Source: Candidatus Culexmicrobium cathedralense | Lineage (GTDB): Archaea; Thermoproteota; Methanomethylicia; Culexarchaeales; Culexmicrobiaceae | DNA: 64,000 nt | NCBI GenBank assembly: GCA_025061115.1 | Contig: JANZKC010000001.1 | Coordinates: forward strand, 384,001-448,000 | Direction of reading: 5' to 3' | In this document: piece by piece, positions 9,780 through 19,802 of the stretch | Layout: each line of letters starts with the position of its first letter | Numbering within the stretch: position 1 is the stretch's first letter | Program-made: the position numbers and the translations under genes | Notes under the pieces: model-generated | Databases searched by the model: none | What the model was told of the DNA's origin: nothing | What the model saw: only the letters and a program-made list of their open reading frames with translations

Positions 9780-10802
9780 TTGAAAGTCAAAATAAGTGCT
9801 GACTTGCTTGAGGAAGCTAAGCAAATACATGCAGAGAGCATAATAATTGATGCACATTGCGACACAGCTCTACACATAATCGATAGACTAGGGAGACCAG
9901 GCTGGAAACCGAGAAGCATAGTGGAGAGAAGCGAGCAGGGCCACGTAGATATTCCAAGATTATTTGAGGCAGGAGTGACCTGTCAATTCTTCGCAATATA
10001 CGTTGACGCCATATATAAACCCGAAAAAGCAACGGCAAGAGCACTTGAGTTAATAAGCGCGCTTTATAGCGAATTCGAAAAAGCAGAAGGTAAAGTAGTG
10101 GTCGCTAAAAGTACTGAAGACATTTTAAAAGCTAAAAATCAAGGCAAGATTTCAGCATTGATCTCGCTTGAGGGAGGAGAACCCATTCAATTTAGCCCAC
10201 TTCTTCTAAAGGCATTCCACATGCTAGGCATGAGAGCAATGTCACTAACTTGGAATGAGAGAAACATGCTTGCAGATGGTATATCAGAATCAATAACCAA
10301 AGGCGGGCTAACTACACTAGGATTGAAAGTCATTGAGAAAATGGAGGATCTCGGAATAATAGTAGATGTCTCCCACATAAGTGAAGCTGGATTCTGGGAC
10401 ATAGTTGAAAATTGCAGTAAGCCAATCATAGCCTCGCACTCGGATTGCAGAGAGCTATGCAACCACCCTAGAAATTTAACTGACGAGCAGTTGAAAGCAA
10501 TAGCTGAAAAGAATGGAGTTGTAGGAGTGAACTTCTACCCGAAATTCCTAGTTAAAGATGGCGAAGCGACAATTGATGACGTAGTAAGGCACATAGACCA
10601 CATAGTTAATGTAGCCGGCATAAACCATGTAGGACTTGGATCCGACTTTGACGGAATATCTTCAACTCCAAAGGGGCTTGAAGACGTTAGCAAGCTTCCA
10701 AACTTAACAGCCAAACTCATAGAAAGAGGCTATTCAAAAAGTGAAATTAAGAAAATTCTGGGAGAAAACTTCCTCAGAGTTATTAGGGAAGTAGTTGGGT
10801 GA
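9780..10802 (+). CDS. Membrane dipeptidase family (M19)
   Basis: DAHCD, SLEG, DVSH, ASHS, HPRN, GLGSDFDG, GENFLRV. Confidence 0.92.
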   Translation: MKVKISADLLEEAKQIHAESIIIDAHCDTALHIIDRLGRPGWKPRSIVERSEQGHVDIPRLFEAGVTCQFFAIYVDAIYKPEKATARALELISALYSEFEKAEGKVVVAKSTEDILKAKNQGKISALISLEGGEPIQFSPLLLKAFHMLGMRAMSLTWNERNMLADGISESITKGGLTTLGLKVIEKMEDLGIIVDVSHISEAGFWDIVENCSKPIIASHSDCRELCNHPRNLTDEQLKAIAEKNGVVGVNFYPKFLVKDGEATIDDVVRHIDHIVNVAGINHVGLGSDFDGISSTPKGLEDVSKLPNLTAKLIERGYSKSEIKKILGENFLRVIREVVG

Positions 10803-10812
10803 ATGAAAAGCC

Positions 10813-11952
10813 ATGGAAAAACCACCTAAATTCACCATAAAATGCAGTGAATGCGGCATAGAACTACCCGAAAACTACTGGTACTGGAACTGCAGAAACT
10901 GCGGAGCCCCACTTGAAATCAAAATCGAAAAACCCAACGTTACGCGGAGAGAGCTATCAATAAGAGAGGGAAGCATTTGGAGATACAAGGAGTTCATACC
11001 CCTAAATGAGAAATCCAAAGTAACGCTTGGAGAAGGATTCACCCCAATGATTAAGAGAAAGATAGCAAACATAAACGTTCTCTTAAAACTCGAATTTCTA
11101 AATCCAACAGGCTCATTCAAGGATAGAGGGGCAAGCACAGCAATAACGCGAGCAATCAGCTTAAAAGCAAAAAGAGTAGTTGAAGATTCATCTGGAAATG
11201 CTGGAGCATCGATAGCAGCCTACGCAACAGCAGCTGGAATACAAGCAAAAATATACATTCCAAAAAGCGCTCCAAAAGCGAAGAAGGAAATTATAATGAT
11301 ATATGGAGGACAGCTTACAGAAGCGAAGAGTAGAAGTGAAGCAGCTGAAAGAGCAGTTAAAGAGCTTAACGAAGGCGACTACTACATCGGCCACGCGTGG
11401 AATCCATTTTTCATTGAGGGAGTAAAGACGATGGCATATGAATTAGCCGAACAACTGAAATGGAATCCTCCAGACAACATAATTGTACCAACAGGAAATG
11501 GAACCCTACTACTTGGATTGTATAAGGGGTTTAATGAGCTGATCAATATTGGTTGGATTAAGCACAGGCCAAAGTTAATTGCAGTTCAACCTGTAGGGTG
11601 CGCCCCATTATATGAGGCAATTTACGGAAAAAGCGCTGGGAAAAGAAAGGCAGTGCTTGCAGATGCAATGAGAGTAGCAAATCCACCTCGAATAAAGCAG
11701 ATGATAGAAGCCATTAGGAATACTGAAGGCAAAGTTATACTTGTAGACGACGCGGAGATAGTATGTGGGCTCAAGCACCTGCTGAAGCTTGGACTACTGG
11801 TTGAGCCTACATCAGCATCAGCCGTATCAGCACTAATAAAGTTGAAGAATGAAGGCACAATTGAAGGCGAAACTTGCATACCATTAACTGGGTGCGGAGT
11901 TAAAATGGCAAGCAAGATTTTGAGAATAGTGCAGAAACTAGATAAGTGTTAA
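10813..11952 (+). CDS. Threonine synthase-like PLP enzyme with N-terminal Zn ribbon
   Basis: CxxC..CxxC; NPTGSFKDRG; DSSGNAG; PTGNG; EPTSA. Confidence 0.85.
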   Translation: MEKPPKFTIKCSECGIELPENYWYWNCRNCGAPLEIKIEKPNVTRRELSIREGSIWRYKEFIPLNEKSKVTLGEGFTPMIKRKIANINVLLKLEFLNPTGSFKDRGASTAITRAISLKAKRVVEDSSGNAGASIAAYATAAGIQAKIYIPKSAPKAKKEIIMIYGGQLTEAKSRSEAAERAVKELNEGDYYIGHAWNPFFIEGVKTMAYELAEQLKWNPPDNIIVPTGNGTLLLGLYKGFNELINIGWIKHRPKLIAVQPVGCAPLYEAIYGKSAGKRKAVLADAMRVANPPRIKQMIEAIRNTEGKVILVDDAEIVCGLKHLLKLGLLVEPTSASAVSALIKLKNEGTIEGETCIPLTGCGVKMASKILRIVQKLDKC

Positions 11953-11968
11953 AAGGTTAGTAGCTAAG

Positions 11969-13582
11969 TTGAAAATGGAGATTAAAATGGAATTCGACAC
12001 GATAATCATTGGTGGAAAAATTATTGATGGAACTGGAAATCCGTGGTTCAAAGCGGACTTGGGAATAAAAGATGGAAAAATAGCTGCAATGGGAAAATTG
12101 AGAAGTGCTGAAGCCAATCGAATCATAACTGCTGAAGGACTAATAGTGTGCCCAGGATTCATCGACATCCACAGCCACTCAGACTACACGTTGCTTGTAA
12201 ATCCAAAAGCTGAAAGTAAAATTAGGCAAGGAGTAACCACGGAAATTGTCGGAAATTGCGGAAGCTCAGCAGCTCCTCTAATAGGTGAGATGAAGGAGAG
12301 AGCAACTGAAATAGCTGAGCGATACGGCTTAAAAGTTGACTGGACATACATGGACGGGTATTTGAAGAAGCTTGAAGAAAATGGAGTAGCAGTTAACGTA
12401 GCAACATACGTTGGATTTGCAAACATAAGAATAGCAGTTCTTGGCTATGAGGATCGCAGCCCTACTAGAGATGAACTTGAAGAAATGAAGAAGCTTGCAG
12501 CTAGGTCAATTGATGAGGGAGCCATAGGATTATCAACAGGGCTTCGCTATGACCCGCAATCATATGCTAAAACCGAAGAGGTTATCGAAATAGCAAAAGT
12601 AGTGGCTGAGAAAGGAGGAATCTATGCTTCACATATTAGAGATGAGGGAGATAGAGGCAAGCTATTAGAGGCTATTAAAGAGGCAATAGAAATTGGAGAA
12701 AAGGCTAGAATTCCAGTTGAAATATCACACCTAAAAATACTGGCAAAACCACTCTGGAGCAAATGCGATGAAATGCTAAAATTAATTGAGAATGCAAGAT
12801 CGCGTGGAGTTGAAGTGACGGCTGACCAATACCCATACAAGGCAAGCGGAACATCACTATTAGCTTGGATACCAAAATGGGCATTTGAAGGAGGTAGAGA
12901 TAAGCTTCTAGAGAGGCTCACAAATCCAGAAACCAAAGCTAAAATAAAGGAGGAATTAGCCAGAGTAATGGAATTGAGGGGAGGGCCTGAAAGAGCACTA
13001 ATATCCAGATTTGAAGCAGACCCAACACTCGAAGGATTAACCGTTAAACAAGTAGCTGAAAAGTGGAAAGTCCAGCCAGATGAAGCAGCAATAAAGCTAG
13101 TTGAAATAGCAACAAGGGAGAAGTCTTCGCTTGGAATAATAAACTTCAATCAAAGCGAAGAAAACATAATAAAGATAATGAAGAAGCCTTGGGTTATGGT
13201 AGCAACAGACGGATATGCACTAGCTCCCTACGGACTTCTTGCAAAGGGAGTGCCGCACCCAAGAAGCTACGGAACCTACACTAGAGTACTAGGAGCATAT
13301 GTTAGGGAAAAGAAAGTGCTCAGGCTCGAAGAAGCTATAAGGAAGATGACTTCACTACCAGCTAGAAAAGTAGGCTTCATGGATAGAGGAATTCTAAGAC
13401 CTGGATTCTGGGCTGACATAGTTATATTCGATCCAGATGAAATAATTGATAAGGCAACATACTTGAAGCCAGCGCAGTACCCAGAGGGAATCAAATTCGT
13501 ACTAGTTAATGGAGAAGTAGTAATTGAAGAAGGAGAGCACACAGGAAAACTTGCAGGAAAAATATTAAGGAAAAAATGTTGA
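11969..13582 (+). CDS. N-acyl-D-amino-acid deacylase (D-aminoacylase)
   Basis: PGFIDIHSHSD, GNCG, SHIRDE, ISHLK, PHPRSYGT. Confidence 0.9.
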   Translation: MKMEIKMEFDTIIIGGKIIDGTGNPWFKADLGIKDGKIAAMGKLRSAEANRIITAEGLIVCPGFIDIHSHSDYTLLVNPKAESKIRQGVTTEIVGNCGSSAAPLIGEMKERATEIAERYGLKVDWTYMDGYLKKLEENGVAVNVATYVGFANIRIAVLGYEDRSPTRDELEEMKKLAARSIDEGAIGLSTGLRYDPQSYAKTEEVIEIAKVVAEKGGIYASHIRDEGDRGKLLEAIKEAIEIGEKARIPVEISHLKILAKPLWSKCDEMLKLIENARSRGVEVTADQYPYKASGTSLLAWIPKWAFEGGRDKLLERLTNPETKAKIKEELARVMELRGGPERALISRFEADPTLEGLTVKQVAEKWKVQPDEAAIKLVEIATREKSSLGIINFNQSEENIIKIMKKPWVMVATDGYALAPYGLLAKGVPHPRSYGTYTRVLGAYVREKKVLRLEEAIRKMTSLPARKVGFMDRGILRPGFWADIVIFDPDEIIDKATYLKPAQYPEGIKFVLVNGEVVIEEGEHTGKLAGKILRKKC

Positions 13583-13583
13583 G

Positions 13584-15602
13584 TTAAGAGCCGGCCTCTT
13601 TTTTCTCCTTTAAATACTTGTCAAGCCATTTAATCACTTGCTTTAATCTCTCGATGCGATGCTTAGGCTTCCCCGATCTCGATAGGTCGTGATTTTCTTT
13701 GGGAACAAGAACCAATTCAACCTCCTTACCAAGCCATTTTAGAGCTGTAAAGAACTGTAGCGCCTGCTCGTAATAGCACCTCAAGTCCTCAATGCTATGA
13801 AGTATTAGCAGTGGAGTACTGACATTTTCAGCGTAAGTTATCGGAGACTTCTCAATCATTTTCATAATGTTCTCCCTAGTTAGAGGTTTTTTCTCCAAGC
13901 CTCCAAGTATGTGATCCAAAGTAAACCAATATCCTATGTCGCTTACCCCGTAGAAGCTGAACCAATTGGATATGCCTCTCATGCTTACTGCAGCTTTAAA
14001 CCTGCTGGTTTGACCCACAATCCAGTTCACCATGAAGCCTCCGTAAGAGCCGCCAATAACGCCTAGGCGATCTCCATCTATGAAATTGAAATTCGCAATA
14101 GCGTATTCCAATCCTTCCATGATGTCCTTATAATCCCTCTCCCCGTAATGCCCTCTAATGTCAGCAAACTCTTCACTGTAACCGTCACTTCCCCTAGGAT
14201 TCATGTAGATTAGCGCATAGCCCTTTGCTGCAATTAAGTGAAATTCGTGAATAAATGAGTAGCCGTATGCAGTTTTCGGTCCGCCATGAATGTATAATAC
14301 TGTTGGAGCCTTATCACTCTTCATTTCCGGCGGCTTCAAAACCCAACCTTCAATCCAAGCTCCATCGCTAGCTTTACACTTGAAGTTGATCGGCTTAGTC
14401 AGCTTTAGCTTGGATAGCAAAGCTTCATTAAAGCTAGTTAACTTAACTTCACCCAAGCCGCTTCTCCAAACATAAAGTTCGGGAGGCTCCAACTCGTTCA
14501 TTGAAGTAAAAGCAACGACATGTTCGCCATCATTATCTGCCACAGTAAATGCTTCAACGCTCCTTTTACCTTTGGTGACTGCTTCAACTTCACCAGTATC
14601 AATATTAATCCTATGAAGATTAACCGATCCACTATCGTGAACTATGAAATATATGTAGTTTCCCAGCCATCTAGGACCATTAGTTCCTCCAGGGCCTCGC
14701 ACATCGCTATTTAAAGTGTTAATCGTATTCCTATCGATATTGGCAGTTAAATCTACGATTTCCCCTCCATCAGTAGGCACCACGTAAATGTGCCTATGAG
14801 ATATCGTTCCCCTCCTAAAGTTGTGCCCTCTGAAGACCAGCTTCTTATCGTTCGGACTCCATGAGACGAAGTCTATGAACATGTTGGAGTTCGTTAGCTT
14901 AATTTGCTCTCCATTCTTCAAATCATAAACGAACAAGTCCGTTACGTACGGCTTAGCATCATCGAGCTTAGCTATGTAAGCTAACTTATCTCCCATATTG
15001 CTTACAGCTATGTAATTTACATCCAATTCACCGCTAGTAACCTGAGCGACCTCTCCAGTTTGCACATCAACCAGATATAGGTGCTGCCTGAAAGTGTGTA
15101 TGAAGCCCTTTCCATTAAACCAGAACAATAACCTGTCAATTACTTTAACATCCTCCTGAAATTCTCCAGCCATAGATATCATTGCAATGCGTTTATCGCC
15201 GGGAAGCCAATCAATCTGCACTATCGGAGCCTTCCTCTTAATAATTAGCCTCGGCTCGCCGCCATCTAATCGCAGAACCCACAGCTCGCTGCCCTTCTCC
15301 TCCTTCTTCAAAGTCCTGCGGGAAGTGAATGCAAGGTATTTGCCCGAGCGGCTCCAACGAGCATTTGTATCTTTAGGGCCATTAGTTAGACTATAGAGCT
15401 CTTCGCTCCTTAAGTCATAAACCCAAATTCTACTGATGTATTCATCCTCATCTAAGCTCATTTTAGTAACATTGAAGGCAATTTTATCAGCAGCAGGCGA
15501 CACCTGTGGATCGGACACTAGCGTAAGCCTAGTTAAATCCTCAATTTCAATAACCCTATTCCTCATCATCACTAGCTGTTTTCCGCCAAATCTATAAAAC
15601 AA
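13584..15602 (-). CDS. S9 family peptidase (acylaminoacyl/dipeptidyl aminopeptidase)
   Basis: Beta-propeller repeats, IHGGP, GGSYGG nucleophile, ENH. Confidence 0.92.
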   Translation of the reverse strand: MFYRFGGKQLVMMRNRVIEIEDLTRLTLVSDPQVSPAADKIAFNVTKMSLDEDEYISRIWVYDLRSEELYSLTNGPKDTNARWSRSGKYLAFTSRRTLKKEEKGSELWVLRLDGGEPRLIIKRKAPIVQIDWLPGDKRIAMISMAGEFQEDVKVIDRLLFWFNGKGFIHTFRQHLYLVDVQTGEVAQVTSGELDVNYIAVSNMGDKLAYIAKLDDAKPYVTDLFVYDLKNGEQIKLTNSNMFIDFVSWSPNDKKLVFRGHNFRRGTISHRHIYVVPTDGGEIVDLTANIDRNTINTLNSDVRGPGGTNGPRWLGNYIYFIVHDSGSVNLHRINIDTGEVEAVTKGKRSVEAFTVADNDGEHVVAFTSMNELEPPELYVWRSGLGEVKLTSFNEALLSKLKLTKPINFKCKASDGAWIEGWVLKPPEMKSDKAPTVLYIHGGPKTAYGYSFIHEFHLIAAKGYALIYMNPRGSDGYSEEFADIRGHYGERDYKDIMEGLEYAIANFNFIDGDRLGVIGGSYGGFMVNWIVGQTSRFKAAVSMRGISNWFSFYGVSDIGYWFTLDHILGGLEKKPLTRENIMKMIEKSPITYAENVSTPLLILHSIEDLRCYYEQALQFFTALKWLGKEVELVLVPKENHDLSRSGKPKHRIERLKQVIKWLDKYLKEKKEAGS

Positions 15603-15673
15603 TTGTGGCTTAACTTAGCGAAGTTGAAGCTAATTAATTATCGAGAAGCATTTCAACATTTAAATTAAATTAC

Positions 15674-18649
15674 CTATTTCCAACCCAATGCATATCCCCT
15701 AACAATCTTAGCCACATGATACGCATGCACTTTGGGATTACTACCATAACTCTTAACCTTCAACATTACCCGGCAATCATGGTTAGCCCGAATTTCCAGA
15801 AAGCATCTACTCGAATTCTTTGAAAACGATCCTGAGCCAGTATCATAAGTGAAGACTATCTTCCAGACCCTCTCACCATCAATCTCCTCAGAGGTGAACT
15901 TCCTCACCCGCAGACTCTCATCAGCTCTAGATGGATACGAGCAAAGCCTGCTATACATGTATTTAGCAAAGTCTTGCGCACTAGAAGCTTCTAACTTAAT
16001 TGGAACCTCAAAAATCCAAAAATCCTCTCTACCCCTAGCCTCTCTGACCGCCTTAATTCTCCAAAGCTTCGAAGGAACAACAATTAAAGTTGATCTCAAG
16101 GTTAACAATGAAGCAACTAGCATTCCAATAGTAGCAGTAAGAGAAGTCACCAGAACCCACACGAATGATATTTTGGGCTTAACTTCAATATTTGAAGTCA
16201 AGCGCATAAGCTCATACAAGGATAATCCTAAAGCATAGCCAAGCGAGCCGCCTATGAACCCCAACACTATGGATTCAAACAGAAAGATTGATAGCAACTT
16301 CGACGGAGTAGCACCCACTGCAGATATAGTTGCAGTCTCCCTCCTCCTTTCATGGAGAGCTGCCAGCGAAGAAATGGCAGCGTTAAATACAACAAGAACC
16401 ATTGGAATTACAGCTTCAAAACCCCTCATCTCAAAATACCTTGCAAGAAGCATGTTAACCACTTGATCGCTCATAAACACGGTTACTACGTGCTCTCCAC
16501 CCCTAAATGCAATTAGCTTACCAATCGAAATCAACTCATCTTCACTGCAGTTCAAATAGATAAAGTACCTCGTAGCAAAAAGACCCAAACCTTCTGCCTC
16601 ATCACCATGCAATATGATTACTTCCCTAGCCCTGCAAACTCTCGAAGCATAAATTGAGGGGTTACCATCCTCGCCCTTCAACTCCAAAACCATTTTAAAT
16701 GGAAGAAAAGGCCTCCCACTCAATTCCCTCAACGACTCAAGCTTCGCATCATCAAAAATTCCAGATAAAACATAAGCTCTACCTCTGAAAATTAGCTTTC
16801 TTCCAACATCTACACCCAGTTTTTGAGCTGCTTGAAGACTTATTGCTATTTCTCCAGGTCCAGCTGGCAAATCCCCCTTAACTAAGCAGTTTTTCAACGG
16901 AACATACATTGGATCCAAATCGCTTGACAAACATACTATACCACAAATATTAATTTTGAGAGGGGGATTACCAAGCGGAACCAAATAGCCTAGACCCCTC
17001 ACCTTAGCTCTAGATTCGGCCCTCCAAGTTACAAGTGTAATTTTTCCGGTCAAGTTAGCCATTTCAAGAAGCTTAATATTGGGCGGCAATCCGTACGGGT
17101 TCTGCTCAGCATCAAAGTCGCTGAAGCCAAGAACCGTGAAACCCATTGGAACATACCGCTCAAAGCTTATTCCCAAAGCTCCAATTTCATTCGGCCTACT
17201 GCTACTTAGAATTCCAAGCTCGAAGGAGATAGAGGTGAGTGCAACTCCACCAGCTGTAAACGCTATAAGCGAAATAAGTATTAGAAGTGTCCGCAATTTT
17301 CTACGCCTAAGATTTCTCTTAGCAACTGAAATCAAGTCAACTAAATTTGCTAAGCCTGAAGCCACTGCATATTTAAATGTAAACTTATCGAAAAGCACCA
17401 ATATCAATACGAGAACTAGCGAAGCAGCAACAGCAAAAATCATGCTAAAAATATTTTTAGATCCAGGAAAGAACCTATATAAAAATGCCATCAAACCAGC
17501 TGAAAATATGGGCGAGAAAACCACCTTAAATACAGCTTTTTCAGTTAAAACAAGTGACAAGATTACCGAAGCAAGACAGAAAAATAAGATTAGAAATGTT
17601 AGTGAATGCCCAGCCTCCTTAATCATCCAATCCACATATGAAACAACATTCTCCAGAAGCAAGTTCGCCTCCTTAGCATCACTATATGCTTGCAAATAAA
17701 AACCTTCCTTAAAGAAATCTCTAGCCCTTGAAATTAAATCTTCAGCGCGATTTACCTGACCAATTAAGTAGGATGTGTAATAGCCCCCTTCACCAGCAGC
17801 CTCCACCTTATCTTTAGCTAAAGACAATGTGGATTCAACGCACTGAAGCGCGTAGCGAGCTGAAGCAAAAAGTAAGGATGCATTGACCACATCCCCTTGA
17901 TTAAGAGTTAAATCATCTTCAAATAGGGGAATTGTAATTTTTCTATAAACAACCCTTTCAACCTCTCTACTCCACCACAAATACATACCAGGCACAATTA
18001 AAGTTTCAACGAAAAAGCCCACCGCAAAAATTTTAACGCGCATCTCCGCCGGGACTATTATAACATTTCGCGGTAAACCCAAGTATTTAAGAAGCAAACG
18101 CAAGTCAGAGTCCTCAGCATCCCCGTAAACTGTTAAAGAGTTATTCAACCTTAACGGCATCCCTCTCTCATCAACGATCATAAACATAACCTTACTCGCA
18201 GGTTCACTGTAATTCACGTAAAGTAAACTGCCATCGCAAACTATCGTTGCGCCAGGATGCAGAGAGAAATTAACTTCAAAAGTTTTAAGCTCACTGAATC
18301 GAACACTTAACATCACGTATTGGGGCACATAATCTGCTCCAGGAGTTTTCGGATCATCATAATAAGCAGTAACGAAGAAATTTTCCCAAAGATATAAATC
18401 CCAAATTGAAATCGTCAAGTTCAAATAGTACATTCCATTCTCATCAGTCGTAGATTCAAAAATTGACTTCTTCCCAATCCGATTAAATGCGAATACCCTA
18501 GCTCCACGAATAGGCTCACCACTTTCCAGACAAGTAACTTGGCCTCTAACTACAATATTAACGTATTCCCAGCATAACGAACTATCGACATTAATTATAA
18601 GATTAATAGTAAGGACTATTAGCAGCAGCGCAAGAGCCGTTTTTCTCAT
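15674..18649 (-). CDS. Large FtsX/MacB-like ABC permease with extracellular domains
   Basis: Signal peptide, carboxypeptidase-regulatory-like GQV..GEPI.GA...TTDENG.Y, AKRNLRRRKLRT, and ERRRETATISAVGA..ESIVLG FtsX motif. Confidence 0.75.
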   Translation of the reverse strand: MRKTALALLLIVLTINLIINVDSSLCWEYVNIVVRGQVTCLESGEPIRGARVFAFNRIGKKSIFESTTDENGMYYLNLTISIWDLYLWENFFVTAYYDDPKTPGADYVPQYVMLSVRFSELKTFEVNFSLHPGATIVCDGSLLYVNYSEPASKVMFMIVDERGMPLRLNNSLTVYGDAEDSDLRLLLKYLGLPRNVIIVPAEMRVKIFAVGFFVETLIVPGMYLWWSREVERVVYRKITIPLFEDDLTLNQGDVVNASLLFASARYALQCVESTLSLAKDKVEAAGEGGYYTSYLIGQVNRAEDLISRARDFFKEGFYLQAYSDAKEANLLLENVVSYVDWMIKEAGHSLTFLILFFCLASVILSLVLTEKAVFKVVFSPIFSAGLMAFLYRFFPGSKNIFSMIFAVAASLVLVLILVLFDKFTFKYAVASGLANLVDLISVAKRNLRRRKLRTLLILISLIAFTAGGVALTSISFELGILSSSRPNEIGALGISFERYVPMGFTVLGFSDFDAEQNPYGLPPNIKLLEMANLTGKITLVTWRAESRAKVRGLGYLVPLGNPPLKINICGIVCLSSDLDPMYVPLKNCLVKGDLPAGPGEIAISLQAAQKLGVDVGRKLIFRGRAYVLSGIFDDAKLESLRELSGRPFLPFKMVLELKGEDGNPSIYASRVCRAREVIILHGDEAEGLGLFATRYFIYLNCSEDELISIGKLIAFRGGEHVVTVFMSDQVVNMLLARYFEMRGFEAVIPMVLVVFNAAISSLAALHERRRETATISAVGATPSKLLSIFLFESIVLGFIGGSLGYALGLSLYELMRLTSNIEVKPKISFVWVLVTSLTATIGMLVASLLTLRSTLIVVPSKLWRIKAVREARGREDFWIFEVPIKLEASSAQDFAKYMYSRLCSYPSRADESLRVRKFTSEEIDGERVWKIVFTYDTGSGSFSKNSSRCFLEIRANHDCRVMLKVKSYGSNPKVHAYHVAKIVRGYALGWK

Positions 18650-18817
18650 ACAATAATTTTAGATAAAGGATGCTTTAATAAAGCTAACGCTGAGCACTTA
18701 CCAGTATAATGGGAAATTTTAACCGTAACCAATTTGAAATGTAATTTGAAAAGCATTTAACTATTAAATGGCGAAATAAATGGTTCAATTCGAAAGGTTA
18801 TTTTATTTCACCTGGAG

Positions 18818-19684
18818 ATGAGCTCATTGAAGCTTAAAGGAAAAGCAATAAAAACGAAATACTGGCTGCCAGGGGAAGAGTATCTGAAATACATTATAGC
18901 AGTTGCCAAGAAAGTTGCAAAGGATGGAGATATTATAGTAATTTCCGAAAAAGCACTATCAATAGCTCATGGAAAACTAATCGACGAGTCCAAAGTTAAT
19001 CCAAACATTTTATCTATAATATTCACGTTCCTTTGGATGCGAATCGTATGGGCGTACGTGCTTGGACCACTATGCAAATTTAAATTGAAAACAATTAACT
19101 TCTTGAGGAAATATCCTTTAAGGGAAGGCGCAGCCCACAAGCAAATATGCCTCAGACTTGCAGGACCACTTCAAGCATTAAAGCACTACTCTGAAGGTGG
19201 AATAGATTTAAGCAACGTACCCTACAGCTATGCATGCCTACCACTCGAAAACCCTCAAGAAGTAGCAGAGAAAATCAAGCGGGAAATCCTAATGAAAACC
19301 GGTAAAAAAGTAGGCATACTAATTGTTGACAGCGATAAGACATACTCGCTGGGCAGACTGCATATAACATCAAGACCCACAGCAGTAAAAGGCATTAAAC
19401 CATTCATGGGGCTTATAGCTCTAATAATAGGTAGAGCCGCTGGGTGGAAGATCCGCGCAACCCCAATCGCATCTGCAGGAATAGAAATGGGCCCAGAGGA
19501 CCTACTTAAAATAGCTGATTTCGCAGACAAGGTGAGGGGAAGCGGAGCTGGAGCAACCGCATGGGAGGTAGCTGAAAGATTTAAAGTAAAGCCCAGCGAA
19601 GTCACTTGGAGCATGCTACTCTCAATAAAACATAAGCCAATAGTGGTTGTGAGAGTGATTAGAAATGAAAAGCGCGTGCGATGA
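18818..19684 (+). CDS. CofE-like (F420-0:gamma-glutamyl ligase family) protein
   Basis: GDIIVISEKALS, GGIDLSNVP, IVDSD, RGSGAG. Confidence 0.75.
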   Translation: MSSLKLKGKAIKTKYWLPGEEYLKYIIAVAKKVAKDGDIIVISEKALSIAHGKLIDESKVNPNILSIIFTFLWMRIVWAYVLGPLCKFKLKTINFLRKYPLREGAAHKQICLRLAGPLQALKHYSEGGIDLSNVPYSYACLPLENPQEVAEKIKREILMKTGKKVGILIVDSDKTYSLGRLHITSRPTAVKGIKPFMGLIALIIGRAAGWKIRATPIASAGIEMGPEDLLKIADFADKVRGSGAGATAWEVAERFKVKPSEVTWSMLLSIKHKPIVVVRVIRNEKRVR

Positions 19685-19802
19685 AGCTGTTGAAATTGCC
19701 AATGCAATAGCTGCAATATCAACAACGAAAGTAGGAGCTAAAAACAGCTTGCCCAAATTAAGTGAAGTTAGAGAGGTACTGGCTAAGCTAAACTTAATTT
19801 AA
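19665..19802 (+). pseudogene. Remnant of a PfkB/ribokinase-family kinase (C-terminus only)
   Basis: 45-aa ORF MKSACDEAVEIANAIAAISTTKVGAKNSLPKLSEVREVLAKLNLI matches the PfkB C-terminal ANAxAAxSxxxxGAxxSxP motif. Confidence 0.7.
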
